NCBI GenBank assembly: GCA_034434875.1
Contig: DAOTYJ010000142.1
Location: 3,926 to 67,925, forward strand
DNA: 64,000 nt
Direction: 5' to 3'
Origin: Dehalococcoidia bacterium
GTDB lineage: Bacteria; Chloroflexota; Dehalococcoidia; JAUQQI01
The position numbers and the translations under genes are program-made. How positions within the stretch are numbered: position 1 is the first letter of the stretch; each line of letters begins with the position of its first letter. Shown here in pieces: positions 1 through 9,367 of the stretch. Under the pieces are notes generated by a model. It saw only the letters and a list, made by a program, of their open reading frames with translations, ran no database searches and was not told the origin of the DNA.

Positions 1-245
1 TTGTCCCCCGGCGGCCGGGGAAAATCCTCAAGCCTTAAGGGGGCCGTCCCCAACGGCCCCGCCGGCGGGGCCTGGGCCTCAGGACCCCGGGCCGCCCCCG
101 ACGCCGGGACCTGGGCCTGCCTGGCCCGGGCCAGGGCCGCCCCGAACACCATCGGTCGGGCGGGGGCGGCCGGCCGGAAGGCCCGGGGCGGAATCACGGG
201 TCGGGGGCGAACCAGGGGGGTAAGCGCCCCGCTCCGACCGGTCAC
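1..245 (-). CDS. Partial hypothetical protein running off the left edge; probably the next flagellar-operon gene
   Basis: GTG directly after the flgB stop; frame open to position 1 (MTGRSGALTPLVRPRP...MVFGAALARARQ...). Not in the supplied ORF track; read by hand. Confidence 0.4.
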   Translation of the reverse strand, partial: MTGRSGALTPLVRPRPVIPPRAFRPAAPARPMVFGAALARARQAQVPASGAARGPEAQAPPAGPLGTAPLRLEDFPRPPGD

Positions 246-620
246 TTAACGGCGGCCCTCCGTTACGGCCAGTCTGAGGAGCCCCAGCCTCCGGCCCATC
301 ACCTGGGTCAGGGCGGCGTAGCGCAGGACCGTATCGTTAAGCAGGGTAAGCTGCTGGTCCAGGTCCACGTTGTTGCCGTCGTTGCGCATGGCGGTCGACC
401 CGTCCACTTCGAGCCGGGGCCCGAGCTCCTGGGGGTCGAAGGCGCCCGCCCGGAGGGCCCGCCGGAGCCGGTCCTCGAACCGAACTTTTAGCCCCTTGTA
501 GCCCGGCGTATCGATATTGGCCAGGTTGCTGGCAATCGCCCGCTGGCGCAGGCTCAACCCCTTAAGGGCGGCCCCGATAACCCGGTCCACCGGTTCCGTA
601 AAGAGGTCCTGGGAACTCAC
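246..620 (-). CDS. flgB: Flagellar basal-body rod protein FlgB
   Basis: [18 protein letters not shown] and [11 protein letters not shown] motifs; 124 aa. Confidence 0.93.
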   Translation of the reverse strand: MSSQDLFTEPVDRVIGAALKGLSLRQRAIASNLANIDTPGYKGLKVRFEDRLRRALRAGAFDPQELGPRLEVDGSTAMRNDGNNVDLDQQLTLLNDTVLRYAALTQVMGRRLGLLRLAVTEGRR

Positions 621-1159
621 AAGCTCACCCCCTCCTGGCGGTATCGGTCAAAGAGGGCCTTTACCAGGCCCACGAACTTGCGGGTCTCGGCGTAGGGCGG
701 CACCCCCCCGAAGCGGTCGACGGCCCCCGGCCCGGCATTATAGGCGGCCAGGGCCAGGTCCAGGTTTCCCCGGTAGCGGTCCAGAAGCTCCCGCAAAAGC
801 CTGGTGCCCCCGAAGATGTTTTCGGCCGGGTCGAAGGGGTCCTTCACCCCGAGGCGGCGGGCCGTGCCGGGCATGAGCTGCATGAGGCCCATCGCCCCGG
901 CCGGGGAGACCGCCCGGGGGTTGCCCCCGGACTCCACCTGGATGACGGCCCGGATAAGCTCCGGGCTTACCCCGTAGCGGTCGGCGGCCGCCGCCACAAT
1001 CTCCCCGTAGGCCCCCCCGGCCCGTTCCCGCCCAAGCCTGGCCCCAAGCATCCGGCCGAAATCCCCCCGGCGGGGGGCCGCGGCCCGGCGGCCCTCGGCC
1101 AAACCGGACACCGCCCGGCCGAGCACCAGGACGATGAGGTCAGCCAGCGGCCCGACCAC
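617..1159 (-). CDS. Lytic transglycosylase, SLT domain
   Basis: IQVESGGNP (catalytic Glu), [17 protein letters not shown]; start moved to GTG at 1159 behind a GGAGG RBS. Confidence 0.9.
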   Translation of the reverse strand: MVGPLADLIVLVLGRAVSGLAEGRRAAAPRRGDFGRMLGARLGRERAGGAYGEIVAAAADRYGVSPELIRAVIQVESGGNPRAVSPAGAMGLMQLMPGTARRLGVKDPFDPAENIFGGTRLLRELLDRYRGNLDLALAAYNAGPGAVDRFGGVPPYAETRKFVGLVKALFDRYRQEGVSL

Positions 1160-1592
1160 CCCCGCACCTCCGGCGCCAGTGCCGGCTGCTTCCCAGGTCG
1201 TCCAGAAACTGCTGTTCCCGCCGGCGCAGGCCCGCCCGCATGGTCGCCTCAAATTCCTCTTTAAGCTTTAAAAGCATCTTGTGCTCCTTTTCGGCGGCCA
1301 GAAGCTCCTCCCGTTTCCGGGCAAGCTGTCCTTCCAGGTCGGCGATGGCCCGGGTAAGCTCTTCGGCCCGGGCCCTAAGGCGGTCCAGGTAGGCAAAGGC
1401 CGTGGGGAGGACCTCCGGCCGGGCCCGGGCCAACCCCTCAAGGGCCGTCGCATCCGCCTGCTTCAGGGCCTCGTAGTCGGCCCGGGCCGCCTGAAGCCGC
1501 CGCTCCAGGGCCGAAAGCTCCAGGATGAGCAGGTCTACCAGCTGTTCGGTGAACTGAAGGAGTCCCTCCAGCCTGAATCGGGCCTGGGTCAC
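1140..1592 (-). CDS. fliJ: Flagellar export protein FliJ
   Basis: FRLEGLL N-terminus, coiled coil, 150 aa, directly after fliI. Confidence 0.8.
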   Translation of the reverse strand: MTQARFRLEGLLQFTEQLVDLLILELSALERRLQAARADYEALKQADATALEGLARARPEVLPTAFAYLDRLRARAEELTRAIADLEGQLARKREELLAAEKEHKMLLKLKEEFEATMRAGLRRREQQFLDDLGSSRHWRRRCGGGRAAG

Positions 1593-2926
1593 GGCCGGGC
1601 ACCCCCGACGATTCCGGCCAGCCGGGCCAGGGTCTCTTCAAAGGGGGTCCTTTCGTCGGGAGCCTGCCGGAGAAACTCCCGGATGGCCGGCATAAGGTCG
1701 ATGGCCAGGTCCACCTCCGGGTTGGTCCCCCGGACGTAAGCCCCGATATTAATGAGGTCTTCCGCCGCCCGGTAGGCGGCCATTACCTGCCGCAGGCGGT
1801 TGGCCAGCCCCAGGTGGGCCGGGTCCACCACCCCGGGCATCACCCGGCTGATGCTTTCCAGGATGTCGATGGCCGGGTAGTGGTTTTCGGTGGCCAGCCG
1901 GCGGGAAAGCTGGATGTGGCCGTCCAGGATGCTCCGGACGGTGTCGGCGATGGGGTCGAGGGGGTCGTCGCCCTCGGTGAGGACGGTGTAGAAGCCGGTG
2001 ATACTCCCCCGGGGGCCGGTGCCGGCCCGCTCCAGCAGTTTGGGCAGGAGGCCGAAAACCGAAGGCGGGTAGCCCTTCACCGTCGGGGGTTCCCCGGCGG
2101 CAAGGCCCACCTCCCGCTGGGCCATGGCCAGCCGGGTCACCGAATCCATCAGCAGGGTGACGTGGGCCCCCCGGTCCCGGAAATACTCGGCGATGGCGGT
2201 GGCCACCCAGGCGGCCTTAAGGCGCATCAGGGCCGGCTGGTCCGAAGTGGAAACCACCACCACGCTCCGCCGAAGCCCCTCGGGGCCCAGGTCTCCCTCG
2301 ATGAAATCCTGGACCTCCCGCCCCCGCTCCCCGATGAGGGCCACCACGCTCACGTCCGAGGCGGTGTGCCGGGCGACCATCCCCAGCAGGGTGGACTTGC
2401 CCACCCCGCTCCCGGCGAAGATGCCCACCCGCTGCCCCCTTCCGCAGGTTAAAAGGCCGTCGATGGCCCGGATGCCCGTAACCAGGGGCTCGGTAATCCG
2501 GGCCCTTTTCAAGGGCTCGGGGGGCGACTGAAGCAGGTAGGTCTGGTCGGATACCTCCAGGGGGCCGAGGCCGTCGATGGGCCGGCAGAAGCCGTCCACC
2601 ACCCGCCCCAGCAGACCCTCCCCGACGGGGACCGTAAAGAGCCGGTGGCCGGGCACGATGATGCTTCCGGGCCGAATCCCCTGCATCTCCCCGAAGGGCA
2701 TCAGCACCAGCCGGCTCTCCCCGCCGTGCTCCCGGAAACCCACCACCTCGGCCGTCACCCGGTTTCCGGCCGGGGGCGAGTAGATGTGGCAGATCTCCCC
2801 CACCGGAAGGGAAAGGCCCACGGCCTCGATGCTCAGGCCGATAACCTGCACCACCCGCCCCTGCCGCCGGACGGGGGGCCCCTCCCGAAGGACTTCTAAA
2901 TAGCGGCGCAGGTCCAGCCCCGTCAC
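1589..2926 (-). CDS. fliI: Flagellar export ATPase FliI
   Basis: GIFAGSGVGKS Walker A, LIGERGREV, LLMDSVTR Walker B, GYPPSVF. Confidence 0.97.
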   Translation of the reverse strand: MTGLDLRRYLEVLREGPPVRRQGRVVQVIGLSIEAVGLSLPVGEICHIYSPPAGNRVTAEVVGFREHGGESRLVLMPFGEMQGIRPGSIIVPGHRLFTVPVGEGLLGRVVDGFCRPIDGLGPLEVSDQTYLLQSPPEPLKRARITEPLVTGIRAIDGLLTCGRGQRVGIFAGSGVGKSTLLGMVARHTASDVSVVALIGERGREVQDFIEGDLGPEGLRRSVVVVSTSDQPALMRLKAAWVATAIAEYFRDRGAHVTLLMDSVTRLAMAQREVGLAAGEPPTVKGYPPSVFGLLPKLLERAGTGPRGSITGFYTVLTEGDDPLDPIADTVRSILDGHIQLSRRLATENHYPAIDILESISRVMPGVVDPAHLGLANRLRQVMAAYRAAEDLINIGAYVRGTNPEVDLAIDLMPAIREFLRQAPDERTPFEETLARLAGIVGGARP

Positions 2927-3561
2927 GGCCGGTACTCCAGCTCGTGGGCCTGCCGGAAGAGCCGGGCCACCTGCCGCAGCCGCTCGCTGGGGGCCGAATC
3001 GATAAGGGTGCTGGCCGTCTCCACCACGCAGCCCCCGACCTCGACCCGGGGGTCGGCCAGCACCCCCAGGTCGCCGTACCTTTCGGCAACCAGCGAACGG
3101 ACAAAGTCGAAATCCTGCGGGTTTACCCGAATCCGGACAACGGTCGCCCCCTCCACCTCCCGCAAGGCCTCCGCCAGAAAGGCCGCCACCACGGCCTGCT
3201 CGTCGGCCTCAAGCCGGCGGGCCAGAATGTGCCCGGCCGCCGCCAGGGCCAGAACCAAAAGCTGCTCCTCGGCTTCCCGCAGAATCCGCCGGTGCTCCAG
3301 CCGGGCCGCCTCCACCAGCCGGCCCAGCCGCCCAAGATACTCCGCCTCTTCGGCCGCGGCGGCGCGCCTGCCCTCGGCCAGGCCCTGCTCAAAACCGGCC
3401 CGGTAAGCCTCGGCCCACACCCGCTCGGCCTCGGCCTGGGCCTCGGCCACGGCCGTCGGTTCGCGGTCGGCCGGGTCGGCGGTTTCGCCGGCCGGCGGCC
3501 CCGCCGGGATGAGCCGGGCCTGCCCGTCGACCCGGGGAAACTTGATAACCCGCTCAGACAA
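2923..3561 (-). CDS. fliH: Flagellar assembly protein FliH
   Basis: AxxxG repeats (AYRAGFEQGLAEG), IRVNPQD, GGCVVET; TTG start with GGAGG RBS overlapping the fliG stop. Confidence 0.88.
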   Translation of the reverse strand: MSERVIKFPRVDGQARLIPAGPPAGETADPADREPTAVAEAQAEAERVWAEAYRAGFEQGLAEGRRAAAAEEAEYLGRLGRLVEAARLEHRRILREAEEQLLVLALAAAGHILARRLEADEQAVVAAFLAEALREVEGATVVRIRVNPQDFDFVRSLVAERYGDLGVLADPRVEVGGCVVETASTLIDSAPSERLRQVARLFRQAHELEYRP

Positions 3562-4558
3562 GGACGTCCTCCCCGCCCCGGGAGATGACGATCTCTTCGG
3601 CCTCATCCAGGCGGCGGATAATGGCCACGATCCGCTGCTGGGCCTCCTCCACCTGCCGGAGGCGCACCGGCCCCATCATCGAAATCTCCTCCCGGAGCAT
3701 CTCGGCCGCCCGGCTGGAAAGGTTGCGGAAAACCTTCTCCCGCAGGGCCTCGGGGGCGCCCCTCAGGGCCATGGCCAGGTCCCGGGTGTCCACTTCCCTG
3801 AGCACCCTCTGCAGCGACCGGTCATCCAGCTGGATGATGTTGTCGAAGACGAACATCTTTTTGCGGACCTCGTTGGCGATGTCGGGAACGTCCTGGTCGA
3901 GCTGTTCGAGGACCGTCTTTTCGGTGCCCCGGTCCACGTAGGTTAAAATCCGCACCAGGGAATCGACCCCGCCCACTGCCGAATAATCCTTGGTCACCAG
4001 GGAGAGCTTGCGCCTCAGGACCGAAACCACCTGCTGGACCACCTCCGGCGGGGTTCGGCCCATGGTGGCGATCCTTTTGGCCACGTCGGCCTGAAGGTCG
4101 GGTTCTAAGGCCGAGAGGAGCTGGGAGGCCTGCCGGGGCGGAAGATGACACAGGATCAGGGCGATGGTCTGGGGGTGCTCGTGCTGGATGAAGTTTAAAA
4201 GCTGCTGGGGGTCCGCCTTGCGCAGAAACTCCAGCGGATAGCCCCCGCTCCGGGCCTCCAGCCTGGAGAGGAGCTCCTCGGCCTTCTGCCGGCCGAGGGC
4301 CCTTATCAGCATCTCCCGGGCGTAGGCGTCCCCGTAAACTACCACCTGGTTGCCCAGGGCCAGCTCGTGGGCCTGCTTCAACACCTCGTTGCGCACCTCG
4401 GCCGGAACCTGCCCCACCCGCATAAGCTCGGCGGCTAAAAGCTCCACCTGGTCCTCGGGCAGCGACTGCAGCACCCGGGCCGAAAGCTCCGGCCCCAGGC
4501 TCATCAGCAGGATGGCCGCCCGCTGGCGGCCGGTAAGCTGGGCTGCCGCCGCCGTCAT
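3554..4558 (-). CDS. fliG: Flagellar motor switch protein FliG
   Basis: LTGRQRAAILLMSLG, EHPQTIALIL, MFVFDNI, NLSSRAAEML. Confidence 0.97.
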   Translation of the reverse strand: MTAAAAQLTGRQRAAILLMSLGPELSARVLQSLPEDQVELLAAELMRVGQVPAEVRNEVLKQAHELALGNQVVVYGDAYAREMLIRALGRQKAEELLSRLEARSGGYPLEFLRKADPQQLLNFIQHEHPQTIALILCHLPPRQASQLLSALEPDLQADVAKRIATMGRTPPEVVQQVVSVLRRKLSLVTKDYSAVGGVDSLVRILTYVDRGTEKTVLEQLDQDVPDIANEVRKKMFVFDNIIQLDDRSLQRVLREVDTRDLAMALRGAPEALREKVFRNLSSRAAEMLREEISMMGPVRLRQVEEAQQRIVAIIRRLDEAEEIVISRGGEDVLV

Positions 4559-4569
4559 TGCCTAATCCC

Positions 4570-6126
4570 TTACTGGGTGCTTTCCTCGTTCAGCCAGCCC
4601 TGAATCACCTGGGCGATAACCTCGGGCCGCTGGCGGGCGATGCCGGTAAGCTGTTCCACGTAGCCCGGGCCCAGCGGCACCGGCGGCTCTTCGGCCGGAA
4701 GCTCCGCCTCCTCCCTGGGGCCCAGGGAAGGCCCCGGCGGGGGGCCGGCGGCCGGCACCGGAACGGCGTAGTAAGTCCGGGTCCGGCGCAGCAGCAGGAA
4801 CACCAGCAGAATCAGGGCCAGGGGAGCCACCACCAGGGCGGCCAGCCGGCCCAGGGCCAGGGTCCGCTCCAGGTCCGCCGGCGGGGCGGGCGCGGCCGTC
4901 TCCTCCGGCCGGGCCTGGAGGGGCAGGGCCGTCACCGTCAGCGTATCCCCCCGATTCGGGTCGATGCCGGCCGCGGCCGCCACCACCTGCCGCAGGCTAT
5001 CAAGCTGGGCCGCCGGCACGGCCCCGGCGTCCACCACCACCCCGACGGAGAGGCGCCGGATTCCCCCCGGCGTCCGCACCACCCGCTCCACGCTCCGGGC
5101 GGCGTCGAAGGTGCTGTTCACCTCCCGCCGCTGGTATTCCGACTGGCCCTGACCGCCGGTCACCGCCGGGTAGGTGGGGACGTTGCTCTCCGCCCCCGGA
5201 ACCCCGCCCGGAACGGTGCCGGTTCCCCGGAAGGTCTCGGTTACCTCCCGGGAAGCCCTGAGGGCCCCGCTGGGATTCCGGGGGTTTAAGGTCTCCACCT
5301 GGGCCTCGTACTGGTCGGTATCCAGCACGGCGCTCACCTGCACCACCGAATTTCCGGCCCCCACCAGCCGGTCCAGGACCGTCTGAACCTTCTGGGCAAG
5401 CTCCAGCTCCACAACCCGCCGCTGCTCCTCCAGCCGGGCGCCGGGGGCGGCGTGGGCGCCGGACCAGAGGAGCCGGCCGGTGTTGTCCACCACCGTGACG
5501 TTTTCGGGTTTTAACCCTTCGACCGCCCCGCTCACCAGGTAGGTGATGGCCCGCACCTGCTCATCCCCCAGCCGGGCGCCGGGCCGGAGCCGGAGCACCA
5601 CCGAGGCGCTGGCCGGCTGGGACCGCTCGGTGAAGGGGCTCGGGCGGGGTAGCACCAGGTGCACCCGGGCTTGCTCGACCCCCTCCAGCCGGCCGATGGT
5701 GCGGGCCAGCTCCCCCTCCAGGGCCCGCTGGTAGTTGACCCGCTGGGCGAAGTCGGTGACGATGAGGCCCGGCTGGCTGAAAAGCTCCAGGCCCCAGCCG
5801 CCGTTCTGGGGCAGGCCGGCGGCGGCCAGCTGGAGGCGCACATCCGGGACCTGGGCCGCCGGCACCAGGATGGTGGCTCCGCCGTCGGCCAGCCGGTAGT
5901 TTACCCCCATCTCCCGGAGCTTGGCCGTTACGGCCGCGGCATCCGACTCGTTAAGGCCCCGGTAAAGGACGGCGTAGTCGGGGTTCTGAAGCCAGCTGAC
6001 GATGGCCAGGGCCAGCGCCGCCCCGAGGCCCACCACGACGATGAGGCCGACCCGCCGCCCCGGGCTTAAAGAGGCCCACAGCTTAAGGGCGCCGTCCAGG
6101 TAGGCTTTAAACTGCCCCTGCCCCAT
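4570..6126 (-). CDS. fliF: Flagellar MS-ring protein FliF
   Basis: Two TM segments, YQRALEGELARTI, ARVHLVLP, ASASVVL; ATG overlaps the fliE stop. Confidence 0.95.
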   Translation of the reverse strand: MGQGQFKAYLDGALKLWASLSPGRRVGLIVVVGLGAALALAIVSWLQNPDYAVLYRGLNESDAAAVTAKLREMGVNYRLADGGATILVPAAQVPDVRLQLAAAGLPQNGGWGLELFSQPGLIVTDFAQRVNYQRALEGELARTIGRLEGVEQARVHLVLPRPSPFTERSQPASASVVLRLRPGARLGDEQVRAITYLVSGAVEGLKPENVTVVDNTGRLLWSGAHAAPGARLEEQRRVVELELAQKVQTVLDRLVGAGNSVVQVSAVLDTDQYEAQVETLNPRNPSGALRASREVTETFRGTGTVPGGVPGAESNVPTYPAVTGGQGQSEYQRREVNSTFDAARSVERVVRTPGGIRRLSVGVVVDAGAVPAAQLDSLRQVVAAAAGIDPNRGDTLTVTALPLQARPEETAAPAPPADLERTLALGRLAALVVAPLALILLVFLLLRRTRTYYAVPVPAAGPPPGPSLGPREEAELPAEEPPVPLGPGYVEQLTGIARQRPEVIAQVIQGWLNEESTQ

Positions 6127-6419
6127 CAAATCGGCATCCGCATGATCTCCTGGTAGGCCTCGACCACCTTATTGCGGACCTGCAGCGCCAGCTGAAGGCC
6201 GAGGCTTGCCCTTTCCAGGGCGAGCATCACCTCGTGGATATCAACCGCCTCCCCAGCGGCCAGGCCGGCCGCCAGCCGGTCGGCGTCCGCCTGGAGGGCC
6301 GAAAGCTTGGCGAGCAGGTCCGTAAAGAGCTTGCCGAAGTCCCCGGAGGCTTCGGGGGCCTGCGAAACCCCGGACAGCCGTGCCGCCCAGGGGGTCGCCG
6401 ATATGCCCTGAATCTCCAC
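6126..6419 (-). CDS. fliE: Flagellar hook-basal body protein FliE
   Basis: IHEVMLALERASLGLQLALQVRNKVVEAYQEIMRMPI. Confidence 0.94.
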   Translation of the reverse strand: MEIQGISATPWAARLSGVSQAPEASGDFGKLFTDLLAKLSALQADADRLAAGLAAGEAVDIHEVMLALERASLGLQLALQVRNKVVEAYQEIMRMPI

Positions 6420-6430
6420 GGCTTAAAACC

Positions 6431-6832
6431 TCAGCGGCCGAGGTCCAGGGCCCGCTGGGCCATCTGGCGCAGGGCATTAAGGGCCGCCACGTTCGCCTCG
6501 TAGGCCCGCACGGCGCTTAAAAGGTCCGTCACCTCGGTTACCAGGTTTATATCGGGCATGGTTACGAAGCCGTCGGGGTCGGCGTCGGGATGTTCGGGGT
6601 CGTAGACCCGGCGGAAGCGGCCCTCCGAAAGGACGGCCGGCACCTGCACCCCAACCCCGCCCGCCCCCGGCGGAACCCACGGGGCGAAGACCACCTTCTG
6701 CCGCCGGTAGGGTCCCCCCTCGGGGGTGCGGGTGGTCTCCAGGTTGGCAAGGTTGCTGGCGATGACGTCCAGCCTGAGGCGCTGGGCCGTGAGGGCCGAC
6801 CCGCTGATCCGAAGGCTTTCCAGCAGGCCCAT
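6431..6832 (-). CDS. flgC: Flagellar basal-body rod protein FlgC
   Basis: SGSALTAQRLRLDVIASNLAN, GPYRRQ, YDPEHPDADPDGFVTMPDIN, RAYEAN; ATG at 6832 preferred. Confidence 0.95.
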   Translation of the reverse strand: MGLLESLRISGSALTAQRLRLDVIASNLANLETTRTPEGGPYRRQKVVFAPWVPPGAGGVGVQVPAVLSEGRFRRVYDPEHPDADPDGFVTMPDINLVTEVTDLLSAVRAYEANVAALNALRQMAQRALDLGR

Positions 6833-6950
6833 GGCTTCGCTTGCTCCGCTCAAAGGCTCCGCCTAGATCTTGGGGCTTAAAGACGTTTGCCGGAAAGGTC
6901 CATCTGGCCACCCGGACCTGGCCGGTTTTCCCGGTAAGGTCGGCCCCCCC

Positions 6951-6978
6951 TGCTTAACCCCCTCAATTTTGCCGATAG
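6951..6978 (+). promoter_or_regulatory. Possible sigma28 (FliA/SigD)-type promoter for flbD-motAB-fliLMN
   Basis: GCCGATAG at 6971-6978 matches the GCCGATAA -10; no good TAAA -35 at 15-nt spacing. Confidence 0.35.
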
Positions 6979-7072
6979 TAAAGACCGGGTGGCATGGGAA
7001 ATCCGTACTATCCCGGCCGGTACCTCCGGCCCTGGTGATGCCCGGCTGCCCGGCGGTAATTTCGGTTCAGGG

Positions 7073-7294
7073 ATGATCAGGCTTTCCCGGCTCGACGGTC
7101 AGGAGTTCGTCTTAAATGCCGACCTTATCGAGACCATCGAAACGACCCCGGATACGGTGATCGGCCTGGTGACCCACCGGAAGCTGGTGGTGCGGGAGTC
7201 GGCCGAGGAGGTGGTAAACCGGGTCATCGCCTACCGGCGGGCCATCGGGTGCCCCCTAAGTTGCGTCCGGCCGACGCTGGAGGCTGAAGCCTGA
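7073..7294 (+). CDS. flbD: Flagellar FlbD family protein
   Basis: MIRLSRLDGQEFVLNADLIETIETTPDTVI...VVRESAEEVV; precedes motA. Confidence 0.9.
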   Translation: MIRLSRLDGQEFVLNADLIETIETTPDTVIGLVTHRKLVVRESAEEVVNRVIAYRRAIGCPLSCVRPTLEAEA

Positions 7295-8109
7295 TGGAGC
7301 TGGGGACGCCCATCGGCCTCGCCGTCGGCTTCGGGGCCCTGCTGGTTGCGGCCGTCCTGGAAGGGGGCGAAATCCACAGCTTCATCCAGGGGACGGCGGC
7401 CCTCATCGTCTTTGGGGGAACCTTCGGGGCCACCCTGGTAAGCTTCCCCTTAAACCGGGTGCTGGGCCTGCCCCGGCTCATCGCCGAGGCCTTTCTCGAA
7501 TCCCACCGCCACGCCCCGGCCGAAATCGTTGAGGTCTTCGTCCAGCTCGCCCAGGTGGCCCGCCGGGAGGGGCTTCTGGCCCTCGAGGAGGAGGCCAACA
7601 AGCTCGGGGACCCCTTTTTAAAAAAGGGCCTGCTCCTGGTGGTGGACGGCATCGACGCCGAGGTGGTGGAAACGGTGCTCGCCACCGACATCCAGGCCCT
7701 TAAGGAGCGCCACGAGGCCGGCTACGGCATCCTGGAGGCGATGGGGGGCTACGCCCCCACCATGGGCATCATCGGCACGGTAATGGGCCTCATCCACGTC
7801 CTTTCGAGTCTGGAGGACCCCTCCAAGCTGGGGCCGGCCATCGCCGTCGCCTTCGTCGCCACCCTTTACGGGGTCTCGTCGGCCAACCTCCTCTGGCTGC
7901 CCCTGGCCACCAAGCTTAAGGCCAAAAGCAAGCACGAGGTCTTCCTGCGGGAGCTGGCCCTGCAGGGCCTGCTGGCCGTCCAGGCCGGGGACAACCCCCG
8001 CATCGTCCGGGAGAAGCTGGAGGCCTTCCTCGCCCCGAGCCACCGGGGCAAGGGGAGTGAGGGCGGCGCCCCCCAGGGTCAGCCCGCGGCGCCGAGGGCG
8101 GCCGGATGA
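7294..8109 (+). CDS. motA: Flagellar stator protein MotA
   Basis: AALIVFGGTFGA, ARREGLLALE, YAPTMGIIGTVMGLI, AVAFVATLYG. Confidence 0.96.
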   Translation: MELGTPIGLAVGFGALLVAAVLEGGEIHSFIQGTAALIVFGGTFGATLVSFPLNRVLGLPRLIAEAFLESHRHAPAEIVEVFVQLAQVARREGLLALEEEANKLGDPFLKKGLLLVVDGIDAEVVETVLATDIQALKERHEAGYGILEAMGGYAPTMGIIGTVMGLIHVLSSLEDPSKLGPAIAVAFVATLYGVSSANLLWLPLATKLKAKSKHEVFLRELALQGLLAVQAGDNPRIVREKLEAFLAPSHRGKGSEGGAPQGQPAAPRAAG

Positions 8110-8876
8110 CGGGCCGAAGCCCCAAAGGGACGGCGACCGCCCCGGCCCTGCTGCGCCGGCCGGGGCGGGAGGGTGCCCAGGGCTCCCACGGGGCCAGCCA
8201 CGAGCGCTGGCTTATAACCTATGCCGACCTTATAACCCTGCTCCTGGTCTTTTTCGTCGTCATGTACTCCATCTCGAAGGCCGACGAGGCCAAATTCGCC
8301 AAGCTCAACGCCTCCCTCCAGCGGGCCTTCAACGTCGTCGTCCTGGAGGGCTACGACCCCACCGCCCTGAGCGGCCGGCCCGGGGGCGCCAGCGGCAACT
8401 CCGTCATCGACGACTTCATCGCCATCCGGAACGACCTGGGCCAGCTGACCGTAAGCCGGCTGCCGGCTACGGGCGTCGACGTCCGGATCAACCGGGAGGG
8501 CATCCTCATCACCATCTCGGGGGCCCTCCTCTTTCCCTCGGGCCGGGCCGACCTCAGGCCCGAATCCCTGCCCGTCCTCGACCGCATCGCCCAGCACCTC
8601 CGCCGTCTGCCCAACGAGGTCCGGATTTCCGGCCACACCGACAACATTCCCCCCGACTCCCCCATTTACCCGACCAACTGGGAGCTTTCCACCGCCCGGG
8701 CCATCGCCGTCGCCCGCTACTTCGCCGAGGGCTGGGGCATCGCCCCGGCAAGGCTTGCGGCCGTCGGCTACGGCGAGTACCGCCCGGTGGCCGACAACTC
8801 CACCCGGGAGGGCCGCATGCGCAACCGCCGGGTTGAAATTCAGATCGTCTACCCCGAGCTTCAGGAGCTGAGATGA
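8106..8876 (+). CDS. motB: Flagellar stator protein MotB
   Basis: RWLITYADLITLL (conserved Asp); OmpA-like domain SGHTDN, NWELSTARA, NRRVEI. Confidence 0.96.
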   Translation: MTGRSPKGTATAPALLRRPGREGAQGSHGASHERWLITYADLITLLLVFFVVMYSISKADEAKFAKLNASLQRAFNVVVLEGYDPTALSGRPGGASGNSVIDDFIAIRNDLGQLTVSRLPATGVDVRINREGILITISGALLFPSGRADLRPESLPVLDRIAQHLRRLPNEVRISGHTDNIPPDSPIYPTNWELSTARAIAVARYFAEGWGIAPARLAAVGYGEYRPVADNSTREGRMRNRRVEIQIVYPELQELR

Positions 8877-9367
8877 AGCCGATAAGCCGCCTCCTTCCCG
8901 TCATCCTGCTGGTGCCGGGGTTCGCCGCCGGCTTCATCCTGGGCCGTACGGCCGCCCTGCCCTTCCTCGACCCGGGCCTGGCCGGCGAGACCGGTCCCAC
9001 CGGCCGGCCCCAGGAGAAGGGCGCGGTGATGTACTCCCTTAAGGAGCGCATTTTTAACCTGGCCGACCCCGGCGGGGGCCGCTACATCAAGCTGGAGGTG
9101 GTTATCGAGTTCGAAGACCCCAAAGCCGCCGGCCTTAAAGGCGAGGCCTACTTAAAGCACCAGGAAGAGTTTGCCAAGGAGCTTGCGCCCGTCAAGCCCC
9201 GCCTGGACGACGTCCTGCTTCGGGCCGTAAGCTCCCGGACAAGCCTGGAGCTTCTCCGGCCGGAAGGGAAGGAGGCCCTCCGGTCGGAGCTCAAAGAAAG
9301 GTTCGGACAGGTGGTCCATGAGGCGAAAATCCGGGATGTCCTTTTTGCCCAGTTCGTCATCCAGTAA
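8873..9367 (+). CDS. fliL: Flagellar basal body-associated protein FliL
   Basis: N-terminal TM, FNLADPGGGRYIK, EGKEALRSEL, VLFAQFVIQ. Confidence 0.9.
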   Translation: MKPISRLLPVILLVPGFAAGFILGRTAALPFLDPGLAGETGPTGRPQEKGAVMYSLKERIFNLADPGGGRYIKLEVVIEFEDPKAAGLKGEAYLKHQEEFAKELAPVKPRLDDVLLRAVSSRTSLELLRPEGKEALRSELKERFGQVVHEAKIRDVLFAQFVIQ

